Shown here: piece by piece, positions 9,778-19,500 of the stretch
Layout: each line of letters begins with the position of its first letter
Position numbering within the stretch: the first letter of the stretch is position 1
Assembly: GCA_000002435.2 (NCBI GenBank)
Contig: CM018793.1
Strand: one strand, 5' to 3'
From: Giardia intestinalis
Taxonomy: Eukaryota
Length of the DNA: 64,000 bases
Notes under the pieces: model-generated
The model's input: only the letters and a program-made list of their open reading frames with translations
Told to the model about the DNA's origin: nothing
Databases searched by the model: none
Program-made: the position numbers and the translations under genes

Positions 9778-10569
9778 ATGGGGCACACTCTTACGCGTCC
9801 AGACTGCGAAATGCTTCACAAGATCATCAACGAATTTGTCAAGTGTCTGGTCTATCGAGCCGGAAAAGCCCAAACCAGACAGACCCTTAGCCTTCGGGAG
9901 CTCCTTTCGTTTTCTCAATTGGACGTCGTGCGCTTTGACTTATCTCATTTGCCGCTACTCTATCTCCTTGATGGCGACAAGGACGGGTTGTTCTCAATCC
10001 ATGACTTGCTCAATCTGGGCTATTATTACGGCAGCATCAACCACATGACCAATTATAAGGCTCACGAGTGTGCTAGCATCATCCAGGCATACTCCACGGG
10101 GATGCTAGCTCTCTACGGGGATGCGCCCTCCTTCATCAAGTGGTTTGTCAAGCTCTTGGAAGTCATAGAGCCAACCGTCACGGTCGAGAGTGTCAGGTGT
10201 GTATCGGCCTCTGTGGTCCGGGTGATGCACACTGTGCTGAAAGTGGAGCTCATTACTCGGGAGTCATCGGAGAAGCTCCTGGACACCATGCAGCGCGCAG
10301 CCGTGCAGATGGGGCTCATCGATCAGCAGCAGCTCAAAGCATTCGATGGACTAGCACCCCTAGTGATTGTTCAGGCATTTGGAGACGAGCTGTTCAAAGC
10401 GTTCACGGCCACATACAACGACTTGGGGCTAGAGTCTGTTGAAATATTGAAGTACTACCGTCCCTTCGACGAGACCAGCTTCCCCGAGATAAACTCGCTC
10501 TTCAAGGACAAGTTGACAGAAACGCTGAACGCCATATCCGTTCACTCTGAGGACAGCAGCGATAGCTGA
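9778..10569 (+). CDS. hypothetical protein with one EF-hand-like loop
   Basis: ATG verified and preceded by 'ttttaaaatta'. 'DGDKDGLFSIHDL' fits the EF-hand loop pattern DxDxDGxIxxxE except for D at position 12. Confidence 0.4.
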   Translation: MGHTLTRPDCEMLHKIINEFVKCLVYRAGKAQTRQTLSLRELLSFSQLDVVRFDLSHLPLLYLLDGDKDGLFSIHDLLNLGYYYGSINHMTNYKAHECASIIQAYSTGMLALYGDAPSFIKWFVKLLEVIEPTVTVESVRCVSASVVRVMHTVLKVELITRESSEKLLDTMQRAAVQMGLIDQQQLKAFDGLAPLVIVQAFGDELFKAFTATYNDLGLESVEILKYYRPFDETSFPEINSLFKDKLTETLNAISVHSEDSSDS

Positions 10570-10650
10570 CGCCAAGACGCTTTCCCCTAGGGAAGATATG
10601 ATCGTAGGAGAACCTAAACGACTATGCTATGTGTATTCTATGTGGCGCTT

Positions 10651-11610
10651 CTAGGGCATCAGAGGGTCAGCAGGCCCGTCTGCCTTAACATCGCTTCCAG
10701 TGGGGCTCGAATCCATGTCTTCGAGCTCTTGAAAATCGGGTTTTCCCTCTATCTCGCTGTGCAGCTTCCGGTATCTGCTGTTGTAGTACCTTATTTGGAC
10801 CAAGATGGTAAAGTCCATCATCATGGGGAAGATTGCAGCGATTATGTACGGCGTAGTTCGCAGCAGATACTCTCGCTCCTGACTGAACGTGAATAGGGAT
10901 GTCGTCTGCGCAGCGTTGGCGGTGAATATTATTGCAAAGAAGCTTGGGCTGAGATCGTCAGTGGCCTTGGTCCTGCAGTTCTTTATTACCTGCAGAAGCC
11001 CGCTAAAGCAGTAAAGAGGAAGGGTGATGTACGCCAGGACAGACCCGACTATATACCGCGCAGAAGTGTGCGAGAGCTCTGGGGAAACAACACACTCGCT
11101 GAACATCTGCGGGACCCGCTGAATGTATGTCGTTACTGGAATCGAGTAACACAGAAAACTCGATAGGCAACCAGCGAAGAACACGGTGTAGATCACTGCC
11201 TCCGACCTGCGCATCCTCCCCATAGACTTCACGTCTATCTCTGGGAGCTGCTTGCCCTTGTGTTTCCGCTTGTAGTACAAGGTGACAGCGGTCATGGTGC
11301 TATCGAGAAACAGCCAGAGACCGCCCATTATGATCTGTGTTAACGGCTGCCGCAAGATGATGAGAGAGCTGAAGTTGCTGATGTCTCCAGACACCCAGAG
11401 GAAGAGAAGGACGCTTGAGATGCATTCGGCCCGCTTTAACAGCAAAGAGAGCCGTATCTGCGGATACGATGCCGTGAACCAGCACGCGATGGATATCCAG
11501 CCAAAAATGACCGAAACGAGTTCATGAACGCTATACACGCAGTCATCGAACACTGCCGCAGCAAAGGGGTTGGCCGGGGTGCCATCGGGCAGCGGGGCGC
11601 AGTAGCACAT
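10651..11610 (-). CDS. PQ-loop repeat multi-pass membrane protein (cystinosin/Ypq-like fold)
   Basis: Seven predicted hydrophobic helices. 'ACWFTASYPQIRLSLLLKRAECISSVLLFLWVSGDISNF' matches the PQ-loop motif. A second degenerate copy ('LLQVIKNCRTKATDDLS') sits in the C-terminal half. The track start at 11655 is TTG. The first ATG is at 11610. Confidence 0.4.
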   Translation of the reverse strand: MCYCAPLPDGTPANPFAAAVFDDCVYSVHELVSVIFGWISIACWFTASYPQIRLSLLLKRAECISSVLLFLWVSGDISNFSSLIILRQPLTQIIMGGLWLFLDSTMTAVTLYYKRKHKGKQLPEIDVKSMGRMRRSEAVIYTVFFAGCLSSFLCYSIPVTTYIQRVPQMFSECVVSPELSHTSARYIVGSVLAYITLPLYCFSGLLQVIKNCRTKATDDLSPSFFAIIFTANAAQTTSLFTFSQEREYLLRTTPYIIAAIFPMMMDFTILVQIRYYNSRYRKLHSEIEGKPDFQELEDMDSSPTGSDVKADGPADPLMP

Positions 11611-11655
11611 AAGCGACCTAGGACTCCTAGTTACACAAACTTTGTGAAATTCCAA

Positions 11656-11718
11656 TTTTTTCTATCTAAGCAGTATTTTGCGCATTGGCAACAGTTACAT
11701 TTAAAAATATATTTAAAA
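11656..11718. promoter_or_regulatory. AT-rich initiator 'catttaaaaatatatttaaaa' upstream of ATG 11719
   Basis: Strong AT tract directly abutting the ATG. Divergent gene start on the other side. Confidence 0.4.
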
Positions 11719-12348
11719 ATGTCTACTGTTAGGACGACGACGACGACCACGCGCACGACGGTCGTAACGAGCCCCGGCTCTAGTACTCCTGGGCACTATC
11801 CACAAAACGGATCTGCCCGCAGTGGTGGCAGTACTGCTGGACGACCTGCCGGCGGCAGTCATCCTGCTGGCCGTTCTGGCGGTGGACGCACGAGAAGCAG
11901 CGGAGGCAGTGGCTGCAACTGTGGCGGCGCCGGTGGTGGTGGCCTTGCTGCAGCTGCGCACTGGCTCGCCCTGGCATCTGCCATCATCATTATCGTCGCC
12001 TGGATCTTCCGCTTTATGGTCGCGGATAAAAAATACGAAAGCGCCCCTGCTTGGTTTGAGTTCTTGCTATTTCTTTTCCTCGCCCTCATGGTCATCCTCG
12101 GCGGGTTTGGGATTGGCAATCTAGATGGATTTTTAGAGGAGTATTTACAACTTACGATAAGCATGCTCGGCAAAGGTGTGCTTCTCATTCTGTTTTGCTG
12201 CCGTGTCTATGCTAATAGGTGGGGGTGGTTTGAACGTAAGGACAGTAGCTCTAGTGCTGTATTTCATACTCTTGCATCCCTCCTCTGCTGTATTGCCGCG
12301 AGTCTGGCCATCCTTGTTCTCTTAGTCGGTCTGGGCGTCGCCAAATAA
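11719..12348 (+). CDS. small membrane protein with Thr/Gly/Ser/Arg-rich low-complexity N-terminus and 4 TM helices
   Basis: The ATG at 11719 sits directly after 'ttaaaaatatatttaaaaatg' (AT-rich initiator). The track start at 11524 lies inside the upstream gene. The N-terminus reads 'MSTVRTTTTTTRTTVV...GGSGCNCGGAGGGG', followed by hydrophobic helices. Confidence 0.35.
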   Translation: MSTVRTTTTTTRTTVVTSPGSSTPGHYPQNGSARSGGSTAGRPAGGSHPAGRSGGGRTRSSGGSGCNCGGAGGGGLAAAAHWLALASAIIIIVAWIFRFMVADKKYESAPAWFEFLLFLFLALMVILGGFGIGNLDGFLEEYLQLTISMLGKGVLLILFCCRVYANRWGWFERKDSSSSAVFHTLASLLCCIAASLAILVLLVGLGVAK

Positions 12349-12415
12349 TTATGTTTAGACATCGGTTAGATTGTGTGAATTAGTGCTCATTGTGCCTGTC
12401 TGATTTATTGTCTCA

Positions 12416-14479
12416 TCACAGCTCGTCCTTGGTTGCCCGGTGGTAGACGTTTGCGGTGTACCGTGTTCTGTCGTAGGTGTGCAGAACGCCACGCTGCCAG
12501 TCCCACGGATCAAGGCCGTTGCGAAGCGCGCATTGTGTAAGACGGAAGAAAATCGTGGGTGGGCCGTCGGGTCTGTTCTCCGGGACATCGCACACCGCGT
12601 GGCGACCGTCCCAGAGGACTATAAAGTGCCCCTTGGCATCTGTCAGCTGAAAGACATTGGTGTACTCCCACGAATGATAAATGCTGATCTCGACAACAAG
12701 GGAGCGCTTTATATCGATATTGATGTCCTTGGTGGCTGTTTTAGGAAGGGCACCCTCGGCAATCAGGGTCTTGTACTTCTCACGTAAATTCTTTAGCAAG
12801 GAATTGATGTGTGACGTAGAAAGCCGTTCATTGTACACATTAGTGGCCTGTTTGATCAAGCTTGTGTAAATACTTTCTGTGGGAAAGAAGTCTGAGTTGA
12901 TCAGCTCGAAAAGGACTGTCTCCATGCACATGTCCCCAAGCTCTCCATGATTATAGATGTCCCTGAGAGATGTTTCGATGATATCATGTTCGTTTGATAG
13001 GGTTTTTGCGGGCGCTGATCCTCCTTTTGCACGCGCGCCGCCATTCTTCTTGCTTTCAAAGCGTCTGAGCTCCTCATACTCTGCAGAGTGCTCCGCCAGT
13101 ATGTACACCCTTAGCGAATATGGAGCTAGCTGAAACAGCTCTGGTGGAACGTTCGATTTGGTACCGGAGGATAACATCGGGTTGACCTTCTCACCTCTCA
13201 GGGCAGACCGAACATGCTCCATCAGATAGCGAATAGCTGCATCAGAGAAGCCCTCGGTAAAGGTGACAGGCGTTGGGAGCTTTGCCACGCGCCTCTTTTT
13301 CTTCTTAGCATCCTGCTTGACAATCTTGTGGAGAGGAGGCTCCTTAGAAAGGGCCATGCTGTAGTAGATTTGATGTCCCGTGGGATTGTCGTCGTCTGTA
13401 AAGCCCGATATGTCTACATTCGCATAGTATGTGTGATAGTAGGGCTTCAGAAGCATTTTGGATCTGTTCATTATGGGATCAAAGGACGTGTAATAGTCGA
13501 GCATGCGCCACTTCCAGTGAGGGGAGTCCGCGACGGTACTGGAGCGCTCGCTGTAGCTCGCATCATCGGAGAGACCGGCGGCAAGAGCTGCAAGCCGAAC
13601 CACAAGGATCTGGGAGGCTATTGTTTTCGAGAAGGTAGCTCCGGTAGTCCCAGACAAGTAGTAAAGCCACTGCTCGAACTCAGTCACTGAGCTCCGCATG
13701 GTAATGTCGGACAGGATGTTTTCGATGTAGACGTTCTTGAACAGGTCGACACCCGAGGATACGGAGATGGGGATGATGAGAAGGTAACGCTTTCCATCTG
13801 TGCGGCGTCCGTACGCGTCCAAGTTGTCACCTGCAGTTGTGTTCTCGTTGTGGAAGAGAAGATCATTGAGGGTTTGGGCGGCTAGCTGGACCTGGTTGCG
13901 CAGCGTTGCATACAGGATTATTGGGAGCACCTTGGTCCGTGGGTTCTTTCCTGCGGGGAAGAGGGCTCGAAGCCAGAAGAAGGGGTGGTCGAAGTAATCG
14001 GATTGCTCTACAAGATAGTTGTAATCCATTCCTGGTCTCCCCCCTGTTCTGTCCCAGAAGTCGTTACGAAGGTCTGCATCCACGGTAAAGTTGCCCAGAT
14101 GGGTGTGAACGGTCTCTCCGGTGTATGCCACTAAGGGGTACAAGGGCGTCACCTCTCCACACATCTCTGGGTAGTACCCACTAACGATAACTATTGTGTC
14201 ATAGCTCTCTATGCTGTCTCTGACCGTCTTCAGAGAAGCTGCAATCCCTCTGTCGGTTGCCATGTCGCCCTTGAAGCCAGGGATTACCAACACCGACGGG
14301 GTAGTTGTGGGGAGAGGTATGTCAGCCTTGTTGATCGCATCATTGACGTACTTGGAGGCAGCCTTGGCTGTCTGGTTAAACACAGAATAGGAGACGTGCG
14401 GTGTAAGTACCGAGTCTGCAAGACAGAGGGCGAACAGGGCCAAGAAGAAGATTCCTAGGGGCGTGCCTTTAGTCTGCAT
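12416..14479 (-). CDS. ER-luminal protein (signal peptide + C-terminal KDEL), function unknown
   Basis: ATG verified. N-terminal signal peptide 'MQTKGTPLGIFFLALFALCLADS'. The protein ends '...ATKDEL*'. 687 aa with no recognisable catalytic motif. Confidence 0.5.
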   Translation of the reverse strand: MQTKGTPLGIFFLALFALCLADSVLTPHVSYSVFNQTAKAASKYVNDAINKADIPLPTTTPSVLVIPGFKGDMATDRGIAASLKTVRDSIESYDTIVIVSGYYPEMCGEVTPLYPLVAYTGETVHTHLGNFTVDADLRNDFWDRTGGRPGMDYNYLVEQSDYFDHPFFWLRALFPAGKNPRTKVLPIILYATLRNQVQLAAQTLNDLLFHNENTTAGDNLDAYGRRTDGKRYLLIIPISVSSGVDLFKNVYIENILSDITMRSSVTEFEQWLYYLSGTTGATFSKTIASQILVVRLAALAAGLSDDASYSERSSTVADSPHWKWRMLDYYTSFDPIMNRSKMLLKPYYHTYYANVDISGFTDDDNPTGHQIYYSMALSKEPPLHKIVKQDAKKKKRRVAKLPTPVTFTEGFSDAAIRYLMEHVRSALRGEKVNPMLSSGTKSNVPPELFQLAPYSLRVYILAEHSAEYEELRRFESKKNGGARAKGGSAPAKTLSNEHDIIETSLRDIYNHGELGDMCMETVLFELINSDFFPTESIYTSLIKQATNVYNERLSTSHINSLLKNLREKYKTLIAEGALPKTATKDINIDIKRSLVVEISIYHSWEYTNVFQLTDAKGHFIVLWDGRHAVCDVPENRPDGPPTIFFRLTQCALRNGLDPWDWQRGVLHTYDRTRYTANVYHRATKDEL

Positions 14480-14623
14480 GTCTGAACGGTGGACTGAACT
14501 GTAAAGGATTTAAAACCTTCGATTTTAAGACGAACTGCAGTGGTTTAGGTTGAGTTGAGAAATGGCCTATTGAAATTCACTAACAAGCCAATTGACAGTC
14601 GTATCGGGCAGACAACTAGGTAC

Positions 14624-15997
14624 CTAAGAGTAGGTGGAGAGCACCAGGCAATATGCATGCCTGTCCGAATTCGTGGTGTAGTTGAATGTGCCTTCCTGGA
14701 ATCGGCCGTTGGCACAGCGCTTTTTGGCCTCAGCCAACACGTGAAAGACAACTCCGTTGAACTTTTCCATGGTTGCATTAAACGAGAACTTGTCGTCAAA
14801 AGTAAACAGGACGCTCGTTTTGCCGGAGTCCACGGCAGCAACCACGGCAGCGATCATCGCCTCCTGCTCCCTATCATTGAAGGAGGACAACTTGATAGAC
14901 CTGCAAACAAAGATAGAGTCGTCATATTTAAACTTGAACCCAAGGGCAGGAAAGGCGTCACGCCCGTCGGTGAAGCTGATGCTGTTAATAGCAATCTTGT
15001 GGTCTGTGTTCTGCCTGATGTAGTAGAGGATGTTGTAGCAGTTCTCCTTGATCATACTAATCGTTGCCTCGCACCTGATTCTCTTGTCAAACAGAAACTC
15101 ACACTGGCTATATCCAGCGTCAAGGTAAGTGATGCATGCAAGAGCCACGGATTCGATGAGCGCGTGGTCCGATAGACCTGCGCTGATGAAGGAGCCAGAC
15201 ATCACGTTGTAGTTGTACTTCATGGAGTTCGCCTTGGGGTATCCAAATTCGCTGCTCGGCTGATGGTTGATACTGATGTACTCGTCAGAGAGGTTCATGT
15301 ATAGATGGGAGATGAAGTGATTCTTCTCTCCGCGCTCCGGCGTCAGCGGGTCGTCCCAGGTAACATCTACGTGGTACCAGTCATCTTCCAAGCGCACCAT
15401 ATTCCAGGCATGAGGACCATTGTGGCCAAGACCGGTGATCTTGAGGGCTCTGATTCCGCAGTTGATGCACAGGTAGAGGAAGACCTCGGTATAGCACTCA
15501 CAGACGCCCAGCTGGCGGCTGAAGAATCCGTAGATGGTGTGGTCACGGTGCAGGTTGCTGCGGCCGCTCGAGTTAGCCGAGTACTCACAATAGGCGACGA
15601 TGAAATCATGAATGCAGCGCTCGACCTCATACTGGCTCATGGACGGCCTTAGCTCTGCTTTGAACTTGGCGAGTGCCTGATCAATGGTTGCATGCTTGAG
15701 CCTCACCTCTGCTTGATCGAATTCCTGGAAAGAGACACGCGTCACGATTCCATTGGTCAGGGAGTAGTTAGTCGGGCGAGTCCACCAGATCTCTGGATAG
15801 TCGAGCTCAAAGGCCTTGTTAATAACCTTCATATCCCGGTCGTAAATCTTGAGGTCGGCCGGGATAACGACGCTGGGAAGGAAGCTCTCCGCAGCAGACG
15901 CAAGGATGTCTATGACTTCTCTATAGCGGGACTCGACAACGGACCTGTGATAGCGGAACTCACAAGGAACCCCGAACTGGATCGTTTGGCCGGACAT
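14624..15997 (-). CDS. transglutaminase-like (papain-fold Cys-His-Asp) domain protein
   Basis: ATG verified. 'GVCECYTEVFLYLCINCGIRA...GPHAWNMVRLEDDWYHVDVTWDDP' shows the Cys...His...Asp arrangement and spacing of the transglutaminase-like superfamily core. Confidence 0.5.
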   Translation of the reverse strand: MSGQTIQFGVPCEFRYHRSVVESRYREVIDILASAAESFLPSVVIPADLKIYDRDMKVINKAFELDYPEIWWTRPTNYSLTNGIVTRVSFQEFDQAEVRLKHATIDQALAKFKAELRPSMSQYEVERCIHDFIVAYCEYSANSSGRSNLHRDHTIYGFFSRQLGVCECYTEVFLYLCINCGIRALKITGLGHNGPHAWNMVRLEDDWYHVDVTWDDPLTPERGEKNHFISHLYMNLSDEYISINHQPSSEFGYPKANSMKYNYNVMSGSFISAGLSDHALIESVALACITYLDAGYSQCEFLFDKRIRCEATISMIKENCYNILYYIRQNTDHKIAINSISFTDGRDAFPALGFKFKYDDSIFVCRSIKLSSFNDREQEAMIAAVVAAVDSGKTSVLFTFDDKFSFNATMEKFNGVVFHVLAEAKKRCANGRFQEGTFNYTTNSDRHAYCLVLSTYS

Positions 15998-16048
15998 TAA
16001 AATCCCATGTCACACCTTTAATTCAATGGACATAAATCTTAAATCGTG

Positions 16049-16468
16049 ATGAAAGAGAAATGCAACGCCTCAAATTCTGTGCAAACATCGCGGGGCAAGC
16101 CATGGTTCATTTACGAGCCCCCCACGACGGCCACTTCCTCTTCCCAAGTCTGGGTTGTCCCACCCCTCTTCGATGGTGAAGCCAAGCCTGTAAGAAAGGC
16201 TGTTGTGGAGGCTGCTGTTCCTCCATATTGGGGCACAGATATCTCTCGGACTGCGTTCCTAGGGTCATCCGACCGCCCTTTTCGGCATCACGGAGGCACT
16301 TCTGAGCCTAGCATTGTTCTATCAGCGAATTCTGCCATCTTGACCGCTATTGATTACAGTCGCAAGAGCCTTTCTCCCGTCGCATCTCAAGGGAAAAGCC
16401 TTTATACTAAACCGTATACCCACCCAGACCTGCAGTCGTATAGCCGCACCCCTGACACGCGTTCCTGA
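16049..16468 (+). CDS. small hypothetical ORF (139 aa) in a long divergent spacer
   Basis: ATG at 16049 preceded by 'cataaatcttaaatcgtg'. Protein-like composition but no motif. May be non-coding. Confidence 0.2.
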   Translation: MKEKCNASNSVQTSRGKPWFIYEPPTTATSSSQVWVVPPLFDGEAKPVRKAVVEAAVPPYWGTDISRTAFLGSSDRPFRHHGGTSEPSIVLSANSAILTAIDYSRKSLSPVASQGKSLYTKPYTHPDLQSYSRTPDTRS

Positions 16469-16587
16469 CAAGGTAGGCTCTTCTGCTCAAGGGGTCCTTG
16501 CACAGAGTCAGCGGGGGCATTGTATCAAGATGATATTGTGCCTTGATTTATGTAAATTTTACAAAAAAGCGAATTTCATAAGAGCAG

Positions 16588-19500
16588 ATGACACACAACC
16601 AAGGCGCTGCTGGCAGCGAGCTGGACTTTAAAGTGCTTTTTGCGACTTCTGAAGAGCCAGGTTATAAGGCAGAACGGCTTCTAGAGCACAATGTACTAGG
16701 GTCAGGTTGGCGCTCTCTGCGGAGGTGCTCCTATCCTCAGAGCATTGCAATCTCACTCGGTCAGGTTTATAAGATTCAGGCTGTTCAATTTACAACGCAC
16801 GAGTTCTTGGTTCCTTCGTTTGTGGAGCTTCTCCTATATAACCCTCAACAGCAGGCGTGGGAGACCATTGGCAAGGTGCAGATGGGGAAGGATGGGCGGC
16901 CGACAGCCGGGCGTGAACGAAAGACAGTCAAGATAGACATAAAAACAAATGCTCTACGATTCATTCTCCATCAACCCTTACCTCATCAGAATAATAATTA
17001 CAATCAAGTGAGCATCGCTGCCATTACCGTGCTTGGAAACCCAGCTCCCACAGATATCCGTCCCACAACACCGCAAATCGGTCATCCCATTGTCTCTCGT
17101 AGCAAGCGAGGAACGACTAAGCCCTTGTCAGGACCTTCACAGGACAATTCAAGACAATCGAGTAATGGATCTTCTTACGCTGGTGCAGCCAAGGCACAGG
17201 CCCAGATGGCTCCCACTCCGGGCGTCTTGCCGCAAATACTCAATCCACCGGATAGTGGCGACTCTCAGGCCAGCAGAGGGCATTCATATTTAGAGAAGGG
17301 AGAAGAGCTCCGGACGGAGATAATGATTAACAAAACTAAGGCTGCAGCTGCAGAAGACTTTCTACTGGCAGACAGATATAAGATAGCCTATGACGCGCTA
17401 GGCTCCCTACTTGTGGACTACGCATCTCTGGATGAGCGGAAGGCTGCTGCTATTGCTGCTGAAAATTACAAAGGTGCACACGAGATCAAGACAACGATGA
17501 AAGAAGTGGAAAACATCCTTCAGCTACCGTTAGAAAAGCTTGTGAGGATGCTCAACGGAGAGCCAGAGCCGCCGTCCCCCAAGGTAGCACCACCAACCTC
17601 TCTAAATAAAGGATCGAAACCTAAGCATCAAGTAAGTTATCAAACTCTAGAGCCAATGGGAGAGAACGCCGACGAAAACGAAGACGATCTCACGACCAAT
17701 GATATCGGAGGAGCTCCCCCAGATGCAGCTTCCAAGCAGGCTCGCGCTAACAGCAGGCCACGCTCAAGGATGAAGGCGTCTGGAGTGAGCGACACTGAGG
17801 ATCTCTCTAGAGCAGTGCCTACCATATCAAATAAGGATATTATTAACGAAAATGGCGAGCGAATGCTCCATAATAACAATAATGGTTATCAGCAATTCTT
17901 CCTTACCGAGGAAGAGAAGCGAGAGCTTGAACAGGAGAGGAAGGAGAACTACATGCGCCGACGAGGAACGAACCTTGCTGCGAGCATGATGACAAAGACG
18001 CGGACGTTGACAGGCAACTCTACTGGGGCTGGAGGGAGCGAGGAGCTCGGTGCATCCACTCGTATGCGTCAAGGGGTTACCAAGTCCCAAGTTACCAAGT
18101 CGCAGTTGGCCAAAACTGGAACAATGCAACAGTTTTCTTTCGATGATGAACTTAATAATATAACCAGTAACAGAGACAAAGAGACTGCACCACCTGAATT
18201 ACCAGGGAGTGTCATGAGGGGGAACAACGCAACTAAGCTGAAGGATGCTGGGTTCAATGAGATGTACATTAGACTTGCTTACTCTTCAAATAAGGGAAAC
18301 GTCATAGATGCCATAAATTTAATGATACGCGCTCTCGTTCACGATCCTGTCGCATTCTATCCTGCAGGCATTTCTCTAATAACAATCATTTCCGAGTCTA
18401 CCAATACAGCACTGATAGGCTTGATAGGCAACCTCTTCTGCCATGTCTATCTGGCCATAATGAGAAAATACAGAGGAGCACCCAATGGTGGAGAGCTTGT
18501 GGGTACCGTTACACAGACGAAGAACACTGTGGTAGACGCTGGGGATATGACCTTGACATTTCTAGATGTCACGGCACAGCTCACTCTGCAGAAGGAGAAT
18601 GCTGTGACATATGCTGAGTTGAAGTGCACATCTGAACGGACTGTGGAAAAAGCTATCGGCCAAAACATGTCCAACTTACACAATGATGTGCTTCTACTGC
18701 TGGCACCTATCATCCACAAGCTCTCAGACAGTCAGCGGAGGACAAAAATCAATTCCATTAACATGTTGGCCACTGCCTCAACGTTCCCCTTCTTTCCCAC
18801 ATTCAACTTTGTGAACGCCATTATCTCCAGGCGATCCATAGAAAAGGCCTCTGGACTGGCTCAGAATGAGCTGTCCTTTCAAAACCAAAAGCTCATATAT
18901 CTAGTAGAGACCCGCAGCTGGGCGACTGCAATATTAATAACAGGAAATCAGAGGCTTATGACAAAAGATACCATTCCTGTACTGCGAGCATATATAGAGT
19001 GGATTATTCCTCACGCTACTAAGCAAGAACAGAAAAAGCCTGCGACAGACATCCTTATCGCCATGTATGGTAGCTTATTGTCTGACATGATTGGAATCAC
19101 AAACGCCGTCGAATGTGCGAACAAGGCATGCACGACAGAAGCCATTCTCAAAACCATCTACAAGGCAATGGTAGAGTGTGATAAAAAGCTAAGCATCAAG
19201 CCGCCACGGGTAAAGCTTCTCCCTCCCTCAGCTGACGCACCTGCAGGCAAGCTGGTAATAAACATGAAGCCGTCGCTATCAAGTCGTCCATCATCTCCCG
19301 ATTATAAGCGAGACACTGCAGCTGGTCACGAGGGATACAGTGCACATAGTATGGATGGTATAGATAACGCCCGTGCTCAACAATATCAGCACCAAAGCGG
19401 AGGCAATCAGCAAGAGCTTACTGCAGTCGCAGAAACTGTTGCTGACGACGATGACCCCCAGTACGGAGATTTTCCCCCTGGGGTGTGTCAGTTTTGTTTA

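Noticed and set aside
11524-11718. Upstream extension of the small membrane-protein ORF (start 11524) overlapping the PQ-loop gene
   Set aside because: The extension runs antisense through the neighbouring gene's 5' end. A strong AT-rich initiator directly precedes the internal ATG at 11719.
11713-12188. Antisense ORFs (82, 65, 109 aa) and the +100-aa frame across the Thr/Gly/Ser codon-repeat region
   Set aside because: These are artefacts of triplet-repeat DNA, which gives open frames on all strands. They are low-complexity poly-Ala/Arg/Pro translations.
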